64,000 bases of DNA from Deinococcales bacterium. GTDB lineage: Bacteria; Deinococcota; Deinococci; Deinococcales; JAAFIG01. The number at the start of each line of letters is the position of its first letter. Within the stretch, counting starts at the first letter, position 1. The stretch covers positions 1-64,000 of the forward strand of contig JAYWGM010000080.1 of NCBI GenBank assembly GCA_043778225.1, given 5' to 3'. Both the position numbers and the translations under genes were made by a program. Of the stretch, positions 49,295 through 61,044 are shown piece by piece. The notes beneath the pieces were generated by a model that did no database searches, was not told the origin of the DNA, and saw only the letters and a list, made by a program, of their open reading frames with translations.

Positions 49295-50770
49295 ATGAGA
49301 CTTTTGCTTGCCATTCTTTTTTGTTGTACCAGTGCTTTGGCAGAATCTTCAATCGCCTACAAAGCCCAGCACGGTTGGGGCTTGCCGCGTCAACTTGCTA
49401 CGCCAAGCATCACCCAAGGCGTGGTGATTGACTCGAGTACCGTGATTATTGCCGAAATGGCTGGACTCGAGACCCGAGATTTGAATGGGCAAAACCCAAA
49501 ATTATTGCTCGAGCAATCTGGAATTCGTGGTTTAGTTGGCGTAGGAACTGGTAAAAATCTGGCGCTGGCGTGGTATCGGCGCGATGTGACCAACCCTAAT
49601 GGTGTCTGGTGGTGGCATAAAGGCAAAGCCCAACTGGCATTTGAAACGCCATACACCGATTTTGCCTTGCTCGAGTACCAAAACCAACCAATGCTGGTGG
49701 CGGTGCAGCAACAAGGTGCAAGTACCGTCGTGGTGGTGCAGCGCTGGGGCAGTACGCCAAAAACCATTTTTCAGACCAACTTAAATATCGGTGCATTGGC
49801 AGCCAATGCGGTCGGCAACCAGTTGGGGATTGTCTTTGCCGAAGGCTACCGCAATCCGCAAGACGAAAAATACGATTTGCGTTTTTTGCAACTTTTTAAT
49901 CTCGAGCTAAAGCAATCCGAGCTTCTTGCGCCAGCCGTTTATCTCGGGCGAGACCAACGTTTTGGGGTGGCAATCAAAGCCGATTCGCTTGTGCCAATTT
50001 GGTGGTACGAAACCAAAAAAGAACAGAGCCTTGCGGCTTTTACCAAACAACACAATCCACGGCTGGCGCTTTATGACCAAGGTCAAATCATCGAATTTGC
50101 TGTACCAGCACCCTACCTTGGACAGATTGGCAATGCGTTGTATTACCACTTCAAAAACCAGATTCTAAGTTACAACCTCGAGTCCAAAATCACCCAAGTC
50201 GAAATCACCACACCAGAAAGTTTGGCTTTTGCCAGCCTCTCGAGTCAGCGCCTTGTGGCGTGGCAAAGTTTAGGAAGCGATGGTTTTAGCAGCCAACTCT
50301 GGCTGGCAGACTCGAGTCTGCCGTTTGTTCCGACGCTAATTGACCAAGTCTCGAGAACCTTGGGTTGGAATCCGTGGTTTCCAGTCCAGAATTTTTTTGG
50401 TCAGACAGCGCTGTCCTTAATGCTGGCAGCCTTGGCAGTGATTATTGTTGCCCCAGTTGTTTGGTTGTTGCGTGGGCGCTTTGAATTTGGACAAGGTATT
50501 TGGTTTGGTATTGGTTTTGCTTGGATTGTGCTGTTGCTTTTACGCATTTTTGGTGGTTCGGTGGTTGCCCCCGATTGGATTTTTACACCGCTTTTAACCG
50601 CGCCGTGGTTGGTGGTTTTTGGCGGTTTGATTCTTGGTAGCCTGCTTGTATTTTTGCAACGCCAACGGCTCAATGGTATTGAACTGGGCGCAACCATTGC
50701 CGCCAGTTTGGTGGTTTTGGTCAGTACCTTTGTTACGGTTTTCTCGAGGGTCGGATTTTTACAATTTTAA
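49295..50770 (+). CDS. Membrane protein with large extracytoplasmic domain
   Basis: Signal peptide and ~4 C-terminal TM helices. Confidence 0.75.
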   Translation: MRLLLAILFCCTSALAESSIAYKAQHGWGLPRQLATPSITQGVVIDSSTVIIAEMAGLETRDLNGQNPKLLLEQSGIRGLVGVGTGKNLALAWYRRDVTNPNGVWWWHKGKAQLAFETPYTDFALLEYQNQPMLVAVQQQGASTVVVVQRWGSTPKTIFQTNLNIGALAANAVGNQLGIVFAEGYRNPQDEKYDLRFLQLFNLELKQSELLAPAVYLGRDQRFGVAIKADSLVPIWWYETKKEQSLAAFTKQHNPRLALYDQGQIIEFAVPAPYLGQIGNALYYHFKNQILSYNLESKITQVEITTPESLAFASLSSQRLVAWQSLGSDGFSSQLWLADSSLPFVPTLIDQVSRTLGWNPWFPVQNFFGQTALSLMLAALAVIIVAPVVWLLRGRFEFGQGIWFGIGFAWIVLLLLRIFGGSVVAPDWIFTPLLTAPWLVVFGGLILGSLLVFLQRQRLNGIELGATIAASLVVLVSTFVTVFSRVGFLQF

Positions 50771-50804
50771 GATAGAATGTAGCTGAACACATCTCGGAGG
50801 TCGA

Positions 50805-51788
50805 ATGCTTTTATTTATTGCTAAGCGCTTACTGAACATTCCAATTATGTTTGTGCTGTCTACTTTATTGGCTTTTATGATTATCCAAGCTGGACCGGGC
50901 AACCCTGCCGAATTACAGGCGTTTGGCAATGACCGTTATGGGCAGCGCGAAGTGCAACGTTTTATTGCCGAATTTGGCTTGGATAAACCTGTACCAGTCC
51001 AATACTTCGAGTGGCTGGGTCGGGCAGCCACAGGCAACCTTGGGCGCAGCCTCGAGACAAAACGTGAAGTCCGAGAGACCATGAGCCAGCCCGTGCTAAA
51101 TTCAGTCATTCTGGCGACCTCGAGTTTACTGTTGGTCTTTTTAATTGCTACCTTTGTTGGGGTCTACAGTGCAGTTTTTGAAAATAGCTTATTTGACCGA
51201 ATTATCAGCATCGCTTCGTATATTTTTTTAGGCTTACCAAGTTTTTTTCTGGCAATTTTGTTTGTGCTAACAATCCTCGAGCTAGGCTGGCGCGGTTTTA
51301 GGATTTTACCGATAGGTGGGATGACTTCAGATAATTTTGATAGCCTTACACCTGTCGCCCAATTTTTTGATATTGCATGGCACATGATTGCGCCAATGCT
51401 TTGCATTGCGCTATCGCAAGTGGCACTCTACGCGAGGTTGCTGCGTTCGCAGATGATTGAATTTCTTGCCGATGATTTTGTCCGCACCGCTAAAGCCAAA
51501 GGTTTATCTTCTCGAGCCGTCTATTTTAAGCACGCTTTACGCAATGCACTGATTCCGTTTGTGGCTGGTATTGGTGGTTTACTTCCTGCTTTGATTGGCG
51601 GGGCGGGGCTGGTCGAAGTGGTTTTTAATTACCCCGGTATCACCAATGTGATGCTGAGTGCGCTACAAGTCAAGGATTTTTTCTTATTTACAGGGTTGGT
51701 CAGCGTCAGCATTCTGATTTTAATTGTTGGCAATGTGATTGCCGATGTGCTGCTGGCAACCGTAGACCCGCGAATTCGCTATCAATAA
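50805..51788 (+). CDS. Peptide ABC transporter permease (DppB/OppB-like)
   Basis: GLDKPVPVQY, DFVRTAKAKGL..HALRNALIP, DPRIR. Confidence 0.93.
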   Translation: MLLFIAKRLLNIPIMFVLSTLLAFMIIQAGPGNPAELQAFGNDRYGQREVQRFIAEFGLDKPVPVQYFEWLGRAATGNLGRSLETKREVRETMSQPVLNSVILATSSLLLVFLIATFVGVYSAVFENSLFDRIISIASYIFLGLPSFFLAILFVLTILELGWRGFRILPIGGMTSDNFDSLTPVAQFFDIAWHMIAPMLCIALSQVALYARLLRSQMIEFLADDFVRTAKAKGLSSRAVYFKHALRNALIPFVAGIGGLLPALIGGAGLVEVVFNYPGITNVMLSALQVKDFFLFTGLVSVSILILIVGNVIADVLLATVDPRIRYQ

Positions 51789-51800
51789 AGGAGATGTCCG

Positions 51801-52922
51801 ATGACAGGAGTCTTGGTTCTTACGCCTAAAACCCAATCAAAAAGTCAATGGCGGGTTATTTGGGAACAATTCAAGAAACAACCACAAGCCATTTTTGCGC
51901 TGTATATCCTGCTGGCGATGTATCTTGCTGCAATCTTTGCACCGATGCTGACTCCCTATGACCGCCAAGAAGCCTTTGTTCTTGAAGGTGTCCGTTACCA
52001 ACCACCAACCAAGGTGCAAATTTGGGAAAATGGCAGTTTACAAACTCCTTTTGTCTATGCAACCATCCGTAAAGTCAATCTAGAAACTTTTGAGACACAA
52101 TTTCTCGAGGACACCACCCAGAAGTATCCGATTCAATTTTTTGCCCAGCGCGGCGAGCCTTACCGACTTTTTTGGTTGCTCGAGACTCGCCTGCGATTGG
52201 TCAGTGTAGAAGCGCCTGCACGGCTTTTTTTGATGGGTTCAGATGGCTCTGGGCGCGATATTTTCTCGAGAATCGTGCTGGGCGCACAAATCAGTTTGGT
52301 TATAGGGTTTATCGCGGTTGGCATCAGTTTTTTAATTGGTGCGGTACTTGGTGGTTTGGCTGGGTATTATGGTGGAATTCTGGATGCGCTGCTGATGCGT
52401 TTTGCCGAGGTGATTCAAGCCATTCCACCGTTTTTTCTGCTGATTGCGCTGTCGGCTCTAATCCCGTCTTTATTGCCACCAGAGCAGTATTTTTTTGGTG
52501 TCATTGTCATGCTCGGTTTGACCAGTTGGATGGATTTAGCCAAAGCCATTCGTGGGCAAGTGCTTTCCATCCGAGAACAAGAATTTATCATGTCCGCCAA
52601 GGCGCTTGGCATTCCCGAAGGTCGAATTATTCTGCGTCATATTTTGCCCAATACTGCCAGTTATCTTGTGGTGCTGGGTTCTATCACCATTCCGGGGGCA
52701 ATTCTTGCCGAGAGTGGTTTATCTTTTATTGGGCGTGGAGTACGCGAACCCGCCGTTTCGTGGGGTTTAATGCTGGCAGATATTACCCAAAATGGTGTCT
52801 CGGGGCTGAATTTGCATCCGTGGGCATTAGCCCCCGGTTGGTACATATTGGTCACTATTGTGGCTTGGAATGTGCTGGGAGACGGCTTACGGGCTGCGTT
52901 TGATCCAAAGAAACGACGCTGA
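51801..52922 (+). CDS. Peptide ABC transporter permease (DppC/OppC-like)
   Basis: MGSDGSGRDIFSRI, RHILPN, AESGLSFIG, GDGLRAAFDP. Confidence 0.93.
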   Translation: MTGVLVLTPKTQSKSQWRVIWEQFKKQPQAIFALYILLAMYLAAIFAPMLTPYDRQEAFVLEGVRYQPPTKVQIWENGSLQTPFVYATIRKVNLETFETQFLEDTTQKYPIQFFAQRGEPYRLFWLLETRLRLVSVEAPARLFLMGSDGSGRDIFSRIVLGAQISLVIGFIAVGISFLIGAVLGGLAGYYGGILDALLMRFAEVIQAIPPFFLLIALSALIPSLLPPEQYFFGVIVMLGLTSWMDLAKAIRGQVLSIREQEFIMSAKALGIPEGRIILRHILPNTASYLVVLGSITIPGAILAESGLSFIGRGVREPAVSWGLMLADITQNGVSGLNLHPWALAPGWYILVTIVAWNVLGDGLRAAFDPKKRR

Positions 52923-52948
52923 CAGAATTCTCGAGCTTGGAGGTTGGT

Positions 52949-53482
52949 ATGAAAAAATGGTTCTTGGTATTGGGTGCGGGTCTGATGGTTTCGGTGGCAT
53001 TGGCAAGTGAGGTTACTTTTATGTTTAAGAGTAATAAGCGCGTTGTAGATTCAATCACAAAAAACAATAAAGTGCTGGTTGAGGTTGGGGAATTATCTTT
53101 TGCCCTAGGTGTTCAGCACAATACCAGTGGTGATAACACCACTTTTTATCTTGGACGCAAAGCCAAAACCACTGTGCCAAGTGTCCAAAGTGGCGAGCGT
53201 AATTGGGAATATGTTGACCCATATATGGTGGCAAAAAATCTTAATTACAGTATCAAGCTCGAGAAAATTACCGATGCAAAGACCAAAGTTCAATCCGAAG
53301 TTTTGGTTGTGAATTACACCCAAAAAATCACGTGTGATGATTTTATTTTTTGGCAAGATGCACAGAAATTTTTTAACGCCAGCAGCAACTTAATTGCTAC
53401 CGATTTTGAACAGCGCGACCCGTATAACATTGATAAAAGCAAAGATGGTTTGGCTTGTGAATTTTTGCCACGTGCGAAGTAG
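52949..53482 (+). CDS. Secreted protein with C-terminal excalibur-like Ca-binding motif
   Basis: Signal peptide; [26 protein letters not shown]. Confidence 0.7.
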   Translation: MKKWFLVLGAGLMVSVALASEVTFMFKSNKRVVDSITKNNKVLVEVGELSFALGVQHNTSGDNTTFYLGRKAKTTVPSVQSGERNWEYVDPYMVAKNLNYSIKLEKITDAKTKVQSEVLVVNYTQKITCDDFIFWQDAQKFFNASSNLIATDFEQRDPYNIDKSKDGLACEFLPRAK

Positions 53483-53508
53483 TTAGATTTGACGGTAAAC
53501 TACCTGCC

Positions 53509-54651
53509 ATGTCTCTTCCTCGTGGCTTTCGGGCTGGTGCAACCAAAGCTGGTATCAAACCCTCCGGCAAAACCGATTTGGCACTATTGGTCAGCGCTGC
53601 CCCATGTACTTGGGCATATGCTGGCACAACCAACCGTGCGGCTGCGCCGTGTGTGACTCGCAACCGTGCTTTGCTCGAGTCGGCAGCCCCAGTTCAAGCG
53701 ATTGTGGTCAATGCAGGCAACGCCAACTGTGCCACTGGTCTTGTGGGTCTCGAGACCAATATCCGCATGGCAGAAATTACCGCCCAGTTGCTCGAGTTGC
53801 CAAGCTCGAGTGTGATTACTGCCAGTACCGGTGTGATTGGTGTACCGCTGCCAGTCGAAAAAATTGAACTGGGCTTACCTAAAATTACTTTAGCCACAGA
53901 CCTCGAGCCGTTTGCAGTTGGCATCATGACCACCGACCTTGTGTCAAAAACCGCGACGGTTAAACTCTCGAGTGGCGCAATCATCACGGGGGTCTGCAAA
54001 GGCAGCGGCATGATTGCCCCCAATATGGCAACCATGCTGGCGTATATCATCACCGATGCCGAGGTCGCCCAAACCGAACTGCGAACCCATTTTCAGGCAA
54101 TTGTCGAACGCAGCTTTAACCAAGTGACCGTAGACACCGATACCAGCACCAACGACATGGCAGTTTTACTCTGCAACGGCATGGCTGGCAGTGTAGACCA
54201 AACCGAATTTTGGCAGGGTGTCGAAACCGTGGCGGTCTCTTTGGCTAAGCAATTGGCAAAAGATGGTGAAGGCGCAACCAAACTCTTGACCGTAGAGGTA
54301 CGTGGCGCTCGTTCTGACCTCGAAGCTCGAGAAGCTGCCCTGAGTGTGGCTGCCAGTCCACTCTGGAAAAGTGCGGTCTATGGTAACGATCCAAATTGGG
54401 GTCGCATCATGATGGCGATTGGCAAGTCCAAGGCTTTTTTTGTGACCCAAACTGTGCAGATTATGCTCCAAGGTACGATCTTGTTTGATGGTGCAGTTCT
54501 CGAGTTTGACCGTTCGCTGGTCAGCCAAGCGATGAAAGCCCAAGAAGTCCAAGTCCAGATTGATTTGCGCCAAGCGGATGGTCGTGGTTTAGCATGGGGC
54601 TGTGACTTGACCGAAGAGTACGTCAAAATCAATGCTGAGTACACCACCTAA
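53509..54651 (+). CDS. argJ: Ornithine acetyltransferase ArgJ
   Basis: [53 protein letters not shown]. Confidence 0.97.
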   Translation: MSLPRGFRAGATKAGIKPSGKTDLALLVSAAPCTWAYAGTTNRAAAPCVTRNRALLESAAPVQAIVVNAGNANCATGLVGLETNIRMAEITAQLLELPSSSVITASTGVIGVPLPVEKIELGLPKITLATDLEPFAVGIMTTDLVSKTATVKLSSGAIITGVCKGSGMIAPNMATMLAYIITDAEVAQTELRTHFQAIVERSFNQVTVDTDTSTNDMAVLLCNGMAGSVDQTEFWQGVETVAVSLAKQLAKDGEGATKLLTVEVRGARSDLEAREAALSVAASPLWKSAVYGNDPNWGRIMMAIGKSKAFFVTQTVQIMLQGTILFDGAVLEFDRSLVSQAMKAQEVQVQIDLRQADGRGLAWGCDLTEEYVKINAEYTT

Positions 54652-54745
54652 ACTCCTCTAGGGTAAGACATAAAGACTAAACCAAAACTTGTTTTGCCCA
54701 TTTGACACAGCATTTTTATGTTTTCTCGAGTAACATAAAAAGCGT

Positions 54746-56692
54746 ATGACCCATTCTGCCTCCCCGAGTGCTGCCGCGATTTTCGAGCAACAATTGCTTG
54801 AGGCTCGGATTTTACGGCGCGTCAATGCGGCAGCAGCAAAACTCGAGCCACTTCATGTTTTGAATGTTTTGTGTGCCGAAGTGGCTAAAGCCCTTCATGC
54901 AGACTCAGCAGCTTTTGGGCAGTTAAATCTGGCTCGAGATGCGATTGAAATTATTGCTGAATATCGAACCAGTGGCATCAGTGCCATTGGCGTGATTTTG
55001 CCTTTGGCGGGCAACGACATCACACCTCAGGTTCTCGAGCAGCGCCGCCCAGTCGTGATTGACGATGCTCAGCACAATTTACAGTTTGGTTCAAATCGCC
55101 AAGCTGCAATTCGCTTTGGTATTTGTAGCATGATGATTGTTCCAGTTTTGGCTGGTAAAGCAGTCATTGGCACATTGGGGGTGGATTCCTTAACGCCTCG
55201 AGTTTTTAGTCCAGCCGACCAAAACCTTGCCATGAGCGTGGTTCAAGCCGCGATTCCAGCCTTAAAACAAACCCATATGATTGAGGCATTGCGGAGCGAA
55301 TTAGTCGAACGCCATTCGATTGAACAGGCGCTTCGCAGCAGTCAAAATCGGTTTATTGAATTGGTCAATAACCTTGAAGGCATGGTTTTTGAAGGTGAGA
55401 TGCAAGGCGGCATCAGTCGGCTGACTTTTGTTTCGCAACGCGCTGAACAGATTTTAGGTTATCCGCTTGAATGGTGGTTTTCCGAGCCAAATTGGCAAAC
55501 AAAACCAGTCCATCCAGACGACCAAGCCTTGGTTCTCGAGAAGATGAGCCTGAGCGCTCAAGAAGGCAAAGCCGTAGACATCGAATACCGCATGATTCGG
55601 GCTGACCAGCGTATTATCTGGGTGCGAACCCTTGCCAAAGTTGAACACGAAGACAAAAATCTGCATTGGCGTGGTTTAACCACCGACATCACGCCCTTAA
55701 AACAGCAGCAATTGCTCGAGCAAGACCGTAATTTGGCGCTTGAACTGATGTCGCGTGGGGCAGATTTACCAAAAATCCTCAGTACCATTGCCCAACTGCT
55801 CCATCGTCAGTTTCACTTGCCCTGTGCGATTACGGCATATCAAAATGCCGAAACACAACTTTTAGCACATTTGGCTGTCCCCGAAAAAGCCGTGCCAATG
55901 TTACAACGCATTCGTTTTGGCGACGATGCCCTCGAGATGCGCCAAGTGTTGCGTCAAGGGCAACCTTATGCCTTTGAAATAGCCAGTGGATTTTTGTTTG
56001 AGCCTGAATTGTGCGATGTCTTGATAAAAGCGGGTTTACACCATGCGGTGCTGATGCCAATGCGACTAGCAACTGGCGAAGTGCGCGGTGGGATGGTCTT
56101 TTTTTCTGCCAACGCCTTTGAATTTGCTTTAGACCCACGCATCACCTCGAGTTGCGATTTGGCAGCCATTGCGATCGAGCGCCACCGATTGTTGGCATCA
56201 CTCGAGCATCAGGCATTGCACGATATTTTGACTGGCTTACCCAATCGCTCTTTGTACAATGCCCATTTAGCCCAGATTATTTCCCAGTCGACGCGCAATG
56301 CAAGCCGTTTTGCGCTGTTGCAAATAGACCTCAATCGCTTTAAGCAAATCAACGATACCCACGGTCATGCGGCTGGCGATGCAGTTTTGGTTGCCGTGGC
56401 TCGAGCTATGCAAAAGTGCCTCAGGGCTTCTGATATGGCGGTTCGCTTGGGCGGCGACGAATTCTGCATTATTGCCCCAGAAGTCAGCAGCCGCACTGAT
56501 GCCCGAGTGCTACTCGAAAAAATCAGCATCGCCATTGAAGCCATTTGGCTCGAGCCAAATATCCAAATCTCGGCGGCGATTGGCTATGCGATTTTTCCAG
56601 ACGATGCCAGCAGTGCCGATGCGCTCTACACTGCGGCAGACCATGCGATGTACCGACAAAAAAATTATGCAGGTAACTCGGCTCGAGGGTAA
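54746..56692 (+). CDS. GAF-PAS-GGDEF diguanylate cyclase
   Basis: VHPDD PAS motif; [17 protein letters not shown]. Confidence 0.93.
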   Translation: MTHSASPSAAAIFEQQLLEARILRRVNAAAAKLEPLHVLNVLCAEVAKALHADSAAFGQLNLARDAIEIIAEYRTSGISAIGVILPLAGNDITPQVLEQRRPVVIDDAQHNLQFGSNRQAAIRFGICSMMIVPVLAGKAVIGTLGVDSLTPRVFSPADQNLAMSVVQAAIPALKQTHMIEALRSELVERHSIEQALRSSQNRFIELVNNLEGMVFEGEMQGGISRLTFVSQRAEQILGYPLEWWFSEPNWQTKPVHPDDQALVLEKMSLSAQEGKAVDIEYRMIRADQRIIWVRTLAKVEHEDKNLHWRGLTTDITPLKQQQLLEQDRNLALELMSRGADLPKILSTIAQLLHRQFHLPCAITAYQNAETQLLAHLAVPEKAVPMLQRIRFGDDALEMRQVLRQGQPYAFEIASGFLFEPELCDVLIKAGLHHAVLMPMRLATGEVRGGMVFFSANAFEFALDPRITSSCDLAAIAIERHRLLASLEHQALHDILTGLPNRSLYNAHLAQIISQSTRNASRFALLQIDLNRFKQINDTHGHAAGDAVLVAVARAMQKCLRASDMAVRLGGDEFCIIAPEVSSRTDARVLLEKISIAIEAIWLEPNIQISAAIGYAIFPDDASSADALYTAADHAMYRQKNYAGNSARG

Positions 56693-57483
56693 GACCCGAT
56701 CACTTTCATAAAACTGGCTTTTTGGAGCATCCCTAAAAGCGCACTCGAGACCGCCAATTCGTGCATTCCACCTTCGATGTCCACATAAATCAGGTACGAA
56801 AAAGCGCGGTCACGGCGCGGACGCGATTCGATTCGGGTTAAATTTAAGCCTTTAAGTTGATTGAGCATCTCGAGTAAAAAGCCCGGAGTGTGGCGCACTG
56901 CAAAAACCAAACTGGTTTTGTAAGGCACAGCCTGAATCGCGGTTTCGCTCCGAGACAAGACCAAAAAACGGGTGTAGTTAAAAGCCTCATCCTCGATATT
57001 GGCAGCAATCACCTCGAGTCCGTACAAAGTCCCAGCCCGTGCCGAGGCAATCACGGCTTCGTCGGTCGCGCCTCGAGCCAAGAGTTCTTGGGCTGCGCCA
57101 GCCGTGTCAAAAGCACTGACGGGCATTAAATTATGTGTTGCCAAAAAACCATCGCATTGGGCTAAAGCCTGTGGATGCGAATGCACCCGTTTGACCTCGC
57201 TAAGTTGCACCCCCGGCAGTGCCAATAACTGATGCTTGACCCGCACAATCACTTCGCCAATGATGTGTAAATCGGTCTCAGGTAATAAATCCATGGCTTG
57301 CTGAACTGTACCAGCCAAACTGTTCTCGACCGGCACAACTCCTAGGTCGGCTGCTCCACTCGAGACCGCTAAAAAAACCCGATGGAAACTTGGATACCCA
57401 ACTGGCTCTGCCTCTACACTTGCTTCTAAAGCCGCAATCTCGCCATATGCCCCAGCCACACCTTGAAAAGCCACATTGACCAT
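56665..57483 (-). CDS. pheA: Prephenate dehydratase
   Basis: [25 protein letters not shown]-domain IESRP. Confidence 0.95.
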   Translation of the reverse strand: MVNVAFQGVAGAYGEIAALEASVEAEPVGYPSFHRVFLAVSSGAADLGVVPVENSLAGTVQQAMDLLPETDLHIIGEVIVRVKHQLLALPGVQLSEVKRVHSHPQALAQCDGFLATHNLMPVSAFDTAGAAQELLARGATDEAVIASARAGTLYGLEVIAANIEDEAFNYTRFLVLSRSETAIQAVPYKTSLVFAVRHTPGFLLEMLNQLKGLNLTRIESRPRRDRAFSYLIYVDIEGGMHELAVSSALLGMLQKASFMKVIGSYPRAELPA

Positions 57484-57651
57484 GAATTAAGATAACCTAC
57501 TATGGCAAAAATCAGCAAACGCTGCTATACTTTTCTTATGACCTTTTAAGGGTTACTCGATTTGACATCACCCCTTGGTGCTTATTTTTAAGCGCAAGGG
57601 GTTTTTTCCTAAAAAATAGTAGGAAAAGTGCAAATCGTAGGAGGAATAACC

Positions 57652-58059
57652 ATGAGACGCGATAGCCTCATAGACCTTCAAGAACTCGTCTGGCACGGAC
57701 GCTATGCCGTCAAGTCACACGCCACGCGCCACGCTCGAGCCGAAGGGTTTACCGAAGCCGATATGGTTCATGTCCTCGAGAATGGACGCGAACTGGCGGT
57801 CTACCCCGAAGACAAGCGAATGCTGGTGCTGGGCTATGTTTCCTTTGGTCCGCAACTGCACATTCCAATGCACGTTGTGGTGGACTACTCGGGGTATCGG
57901 TGGCTGGACATTGTGACTGCTTATATTCCAGACCAACCTTACCGTGTGGTCTCAAGGGAGCGGGTCGCCATTCTGGTTTCGGAAAACCGCGAGCGCACCA
58001 TTCGCCCAAGGGAGCAACGCACACGGACTCGAGGCTGGGGTGGTTTTGCAATGCGTTAA
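57652..58059 (+). CDS. DUF4258-like protein
   Basis: HATRHARAEGFT..YPEDKRMLVLG..HVVVD..IVTAYIPD; AGGAGG RBS. Confidence 0.7.
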   Translation: MRRDSLIDLQELVWHGRYAVKSHATRHARAEGFTEADMVHVLENGRELAVYPEDKRMLVLGYVSFGPQLHIPMHVVVDYSGYRWLDIVTAYIPDQPYRVVSRERVAILVSENRERTIRPREQRTRTRGWGGFAMR

Positions 58060-58838
58060 TTTTGCCTTAACATCACGGCGGGCAATAAATGGGTTTGAAC
58101 TTGGTGCAAAAAATCCGACAAGCCACAGTCTTTGCCGTTTTGATGCAGCGTCTCGAGGCTCGGGGCAGACCAACAAGCCATTTCTCGAGCCTCGCTAGAA
58201 TCTGATAAGCGCCCCCAAATATCTTTAGCACAACGCGGATTATTTGGGGCATCGCGTAAGCGGTGTGGTTCTTGGATTGGGTGTATGCCAGCTAAGGTTT
58301 TGAGTTCGGTATCCACTCGAGTTTGTTCGGTTTTATTTTGTGGGATAAAGCCAGCCAACAACCATGCTTCACGGTAACGGTCTGGTGTACCGATTACCAC
58401 TCCCACAGCTTTTCGAGCTTTGCTGATGCGCGTTCTGAGGTATTCGTCTTTGCCATGCTCGAGACCCGTTTGTAAATCCGACTGTGAGTGTGCATCAACA
58501 TCGCGCATCAGCACCACAGCAAAAGCCGAACTTAACTCGGCAAGGCGCAAGACCTTTAGGGCATTGACTGCCTCGAGTTTTGGCGGAATGCCATCTCGAA
58601 AACGCCCAAGTACGGCTGGGACTCGAGTAGGTTTTTCGTCTTCGACAGCTTTATAGATTTTCTTGATACTTGCCCAACGCAGAAAATCCGTACCCTGTAA
58701 GAAACCACCCCAGACTGGACGGGCTTCGATGGCTAAATCTTCAAACCAAGCAATTTTTGTATGCAGCACACGTTCTGCTAAACCTTTGGCGACTCGAGCA
58801 TCGCCACTTGCTTCGCAAGCAATTAAAATATCAGGCAC
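58056..58838 (-). CDS. TOPRIM-like partner of the ABC ATPase
   Basis: ILIACEASGD, VLMRDVD (DxD), REAWLLAG; GTG start overlapping the ATPase stop. Confidence 0.6.
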   Translation of the reverse strand: MPDILIACEASGDARVAKGLAERVLHTKIAWFEDLAIEARPVWGGFLQGTDFLRWASIKKIYKAVEDEKPTRVPAVLGRFRDGIPPKLEAVNALKVLRLAELSSAFAVVLMRDVDAHSQSDLQTGLEHGKDEYLRTRISKARKAVGVVIGTPDRYREAWLLAGFIPQNKTEQTRVDTELKTLAGIHPIQEPHRLRDAPNNPRCAKDIWGRLSDSSEAREMACWSAPSLETLHQNGKDCGLSDFLHQVQTHLLPAVMLRQN

Positions 58839-59961
58839 GTGCTTTCTCCAAAAATAGTTCTTTAACCCAATCTTCGCCCACAAAACTCCAGAATTCGCCG
58901 GGGGTCATGGATTCACGCCACTGCTCAAAGTTTGGATACGCCTCGAGCGGTGCAACCAATGTGCCAAGCTCAGGGTCAAAGGTTGTGACCCGAACTTCTT
59001 TTGGCTCGAGTTCGTGCAGTACATAAGGCGAGTGACTGGTGGCAATGATTTGTAATCCCGATGTGATGGCTTGGATTTCGCGCAGCACACGAATCAGGTC
59101 TTTAACCGCTTTAGGATGTAAACCACGCTCAATATCATCAATCAGAATAACGGTATCGTTTTGGCTAATGGCAACAGTCACCAAAACAGTGAGTGCAAAT
59201 AGTGTTCCTTCACTAACGAATTTTACAGCGACATTTGATGATTTTTCAAAATCAAACAACAATTGCTGACCAGTTCCAAACCGCCGAGCCAGAATATCCT
59301 CGAGAAGTTGTTCAGGGTCAGTCACGTTGAACCAGTCTTTTGCAGCGACTCGGGCAGGTTCAATTCTAAATTTTTGAAAATTAGGAATAATCTCTCTCAT
59401 TTTAGCTTGAATCCAAGCAAACTTTTCAGGCTGTAAAGATTGTGTATAAGAGCAAATCGTTGCAAGTCCTAAACCTGTTGGTTCAAGTACAGGACTGAGA
59501 TTTTCGCTGTACGATGCTCGAGCCGCATCGTTTCTCGAGAAAGTTATTATTTTTGAAGTCATTTTAGATATGACTGGAAAATTGTGTGCATCTCTTACTT
59601 CAAGTTCTCTACGGACTGATAGACCATTTATTTTAAGCGAATAGTTGTGACTAACCTGACTAAAATCAATTTGAAAGTCATCTGAATTCTCGAATTTATA
59701 AGAAAAAGAAATGGGTAATGGTTGTAAATTTTTTGATTCTAATGATTGCATTTCTTGAATAATCAGATTTTGTGCTTGAGGTCTGAATTCAACTCCCAAA
59801 AAATCAACAGGTACTCCTCTTAGTCCAACTATTCTTCTTATTCCCTCGAGAATGCTGCTTTTACCACTGGCGTTTGGTCCAACAATGACCGTAAACGGCT
59901 CGAGGGTCAGTTCGACATCGCGCAGGGCTAAAAAATTCTTAAAACCAACTTTCTCGAGCAT
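58831..59961 (-). CDS. ABC-type (AAA_21-like) ATPase
   Basis: GPNASGKSS, VSEGT signature, LIDDIERGLHP, ATSHSPY. Confidence 0.9.
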   Translation of the reverse strand: MLEKVGFKNFLALRDVELTLEPFTVIVGPNASGKSSILEGIRRIVGLRGVPVDFLGVEFRPQAQNLIIQEMQSLESKNLQPLPISFSYKFENSDDFQIDFSQVSHNYSLKINGLSVRRELEVRDAHNFPVISKMTSKIITFSRNDAARASYSENLSPVLEPTGLGLATICSYTQSLQPEKFAWIQAKMREIIPNFQKFRIEPARVAAKDWFNVTDPEQLLEDILARRFGTGQQLLFDFEKSSNVAVKFVSEGTLFALTVLVTVAISQNDTVILIDDIERGLHPKAVKDLIRVLREIQAITSGLQIIATSHSPYVLHELEPKEVRVTTFDPELGTLVAPLEAYPNFEQWRESMTPGEFWSFVGEDWVKELFLEKARA

Positions 59962-59973
59962 ACAGGCAGTCTA

Positions 59974-60828
59974 TCAGACATCCCAGTAAGTCAGTGGTGC
60001 GCCGTTCGGATGCACCAGCCCAGAAAATTTTGCCAAGCCAGCTTTGTCGGGCATCTCGAGGTGATACCTAAAATTCCACAAGTAATGCTGCACAATCCGT
60101 TCGGGTAAACCAAGGCGCTTGGCTTCGAGCGTGGCGATTTCTGCCAGATGCCCAATGCCAGTCCGTCGGGCGCGGCGCATGGCTAAGACCAACTCGAGCG
60201 GCGGCGGGTTGTCTATCCGCGTTGCCCAGACCGCAAACACAAAGGGCATTCCGGTGTGTTCGTACCAACTTGTCGAAAGGTCGGTGACTTGCACCGCTTG
60301 ACCGCTCGAGAGCCGCCCAGTGTTGGGTAATCGAAACATTTGGGTGGTTTCGGAAATCGGTCCACACAACCTGTACCACTCCGACAATGCCCCGTCGCCA
60401 ATCAGCAGCGCGGCTGGGTAATGCTCGAGTAAATGCTCTAAGTTGGGTTCGGCTGGCTCGAGCTTGGCATTGATTCCATCGAGCTTTAGAAGCGTCTCGA
60501 GCAATTTGACGCTGGTGGCAGAGTGGGTCGTGACCGCAATGGTTTTGCCATTCAAATCTGCCCATGGCACAGTATGAAATAAACTAACGCTGTAGACCGC
60601 CCCGAGAACCGAAATAGAAAAATCGGGCAAAGCCCGCAATTTGTCGGCGTTTTCGATCAGTTCAAATGCCGAAATGTTGGCAAGGTCTACCCGTCCCTCG
60701 AGCAGTGCAGTGTTGATTTGGGTCGGTACACCGCGTATCCATTGGGTGGCTTGTCCGCTCAGTTCTGACTCGAGGCTGTGCAAAAGCGGAGCGACGTTGG
60801 TGTATCCAATTATCCCGAGGCGGGTCAT
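59974..60828 (-). CDS. mqnA: Chorismate dehydratase (futalosine pathway)
   Basis: IGYTNVAPL, GAVYSV, SATSVKL, LLIGDGAL, TGMPFVFAVW. Confidence 0.9.
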   Translation of the reverse strand: MTRLGIIGYTNVAPLLHSLESELSGQATQWIRGVPTQINTALLEGRVDLANISAFELIENADKLRALPDFSISVLGAVYSVSLFHTVPWADLNGKTIAVTTHSATSVKLLETLLKLDGINAKLEPAEPNLEHLLEHYPAALLIGDGALSEWYRLCGPISETTQMFRLPNTGRLSSGQAVQVTDLSTSWYEHTGMPFVFAVWATRIDNPPPLELVLAMRRARRTGIGHLAEIATLEAKRLGLPERIVQHYLWNFRYHLEMPDKAGLAKFSGLVHPNGAPLTYWDV

Positions 60829-61044
60829 AAGAGTAGTTTAACTCTTTTGTAGCCTCTGCTTGACTTCAATCTGGCTTTATGGGTTTTAATACGTGATTGA
60901 AGGTTGTTCAGTGCGTATTCAGTGTTTGTTCAGCACTCGAGTTTTATGGTGATATGGTGGGAGATAATAGGTCTAAAAAGGGAGAAGAATGAAACAGCAC
61001 AGCACAGCACTAGCTCGAGACAGACTTCACAACGGGAGAAAACC

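Noticed and set aside
52172..52903. 243-aa alternative-frame ORF, and similar long shadow ORFs such as 17168-17797 and 28785-29375
   Set aside because: Overlap well-supported genes and show no recognisable motifs
57652..58059. DUF4258-like gene as a complete TA system
   Set aside because: No downstream co-oriented antitoxin is present
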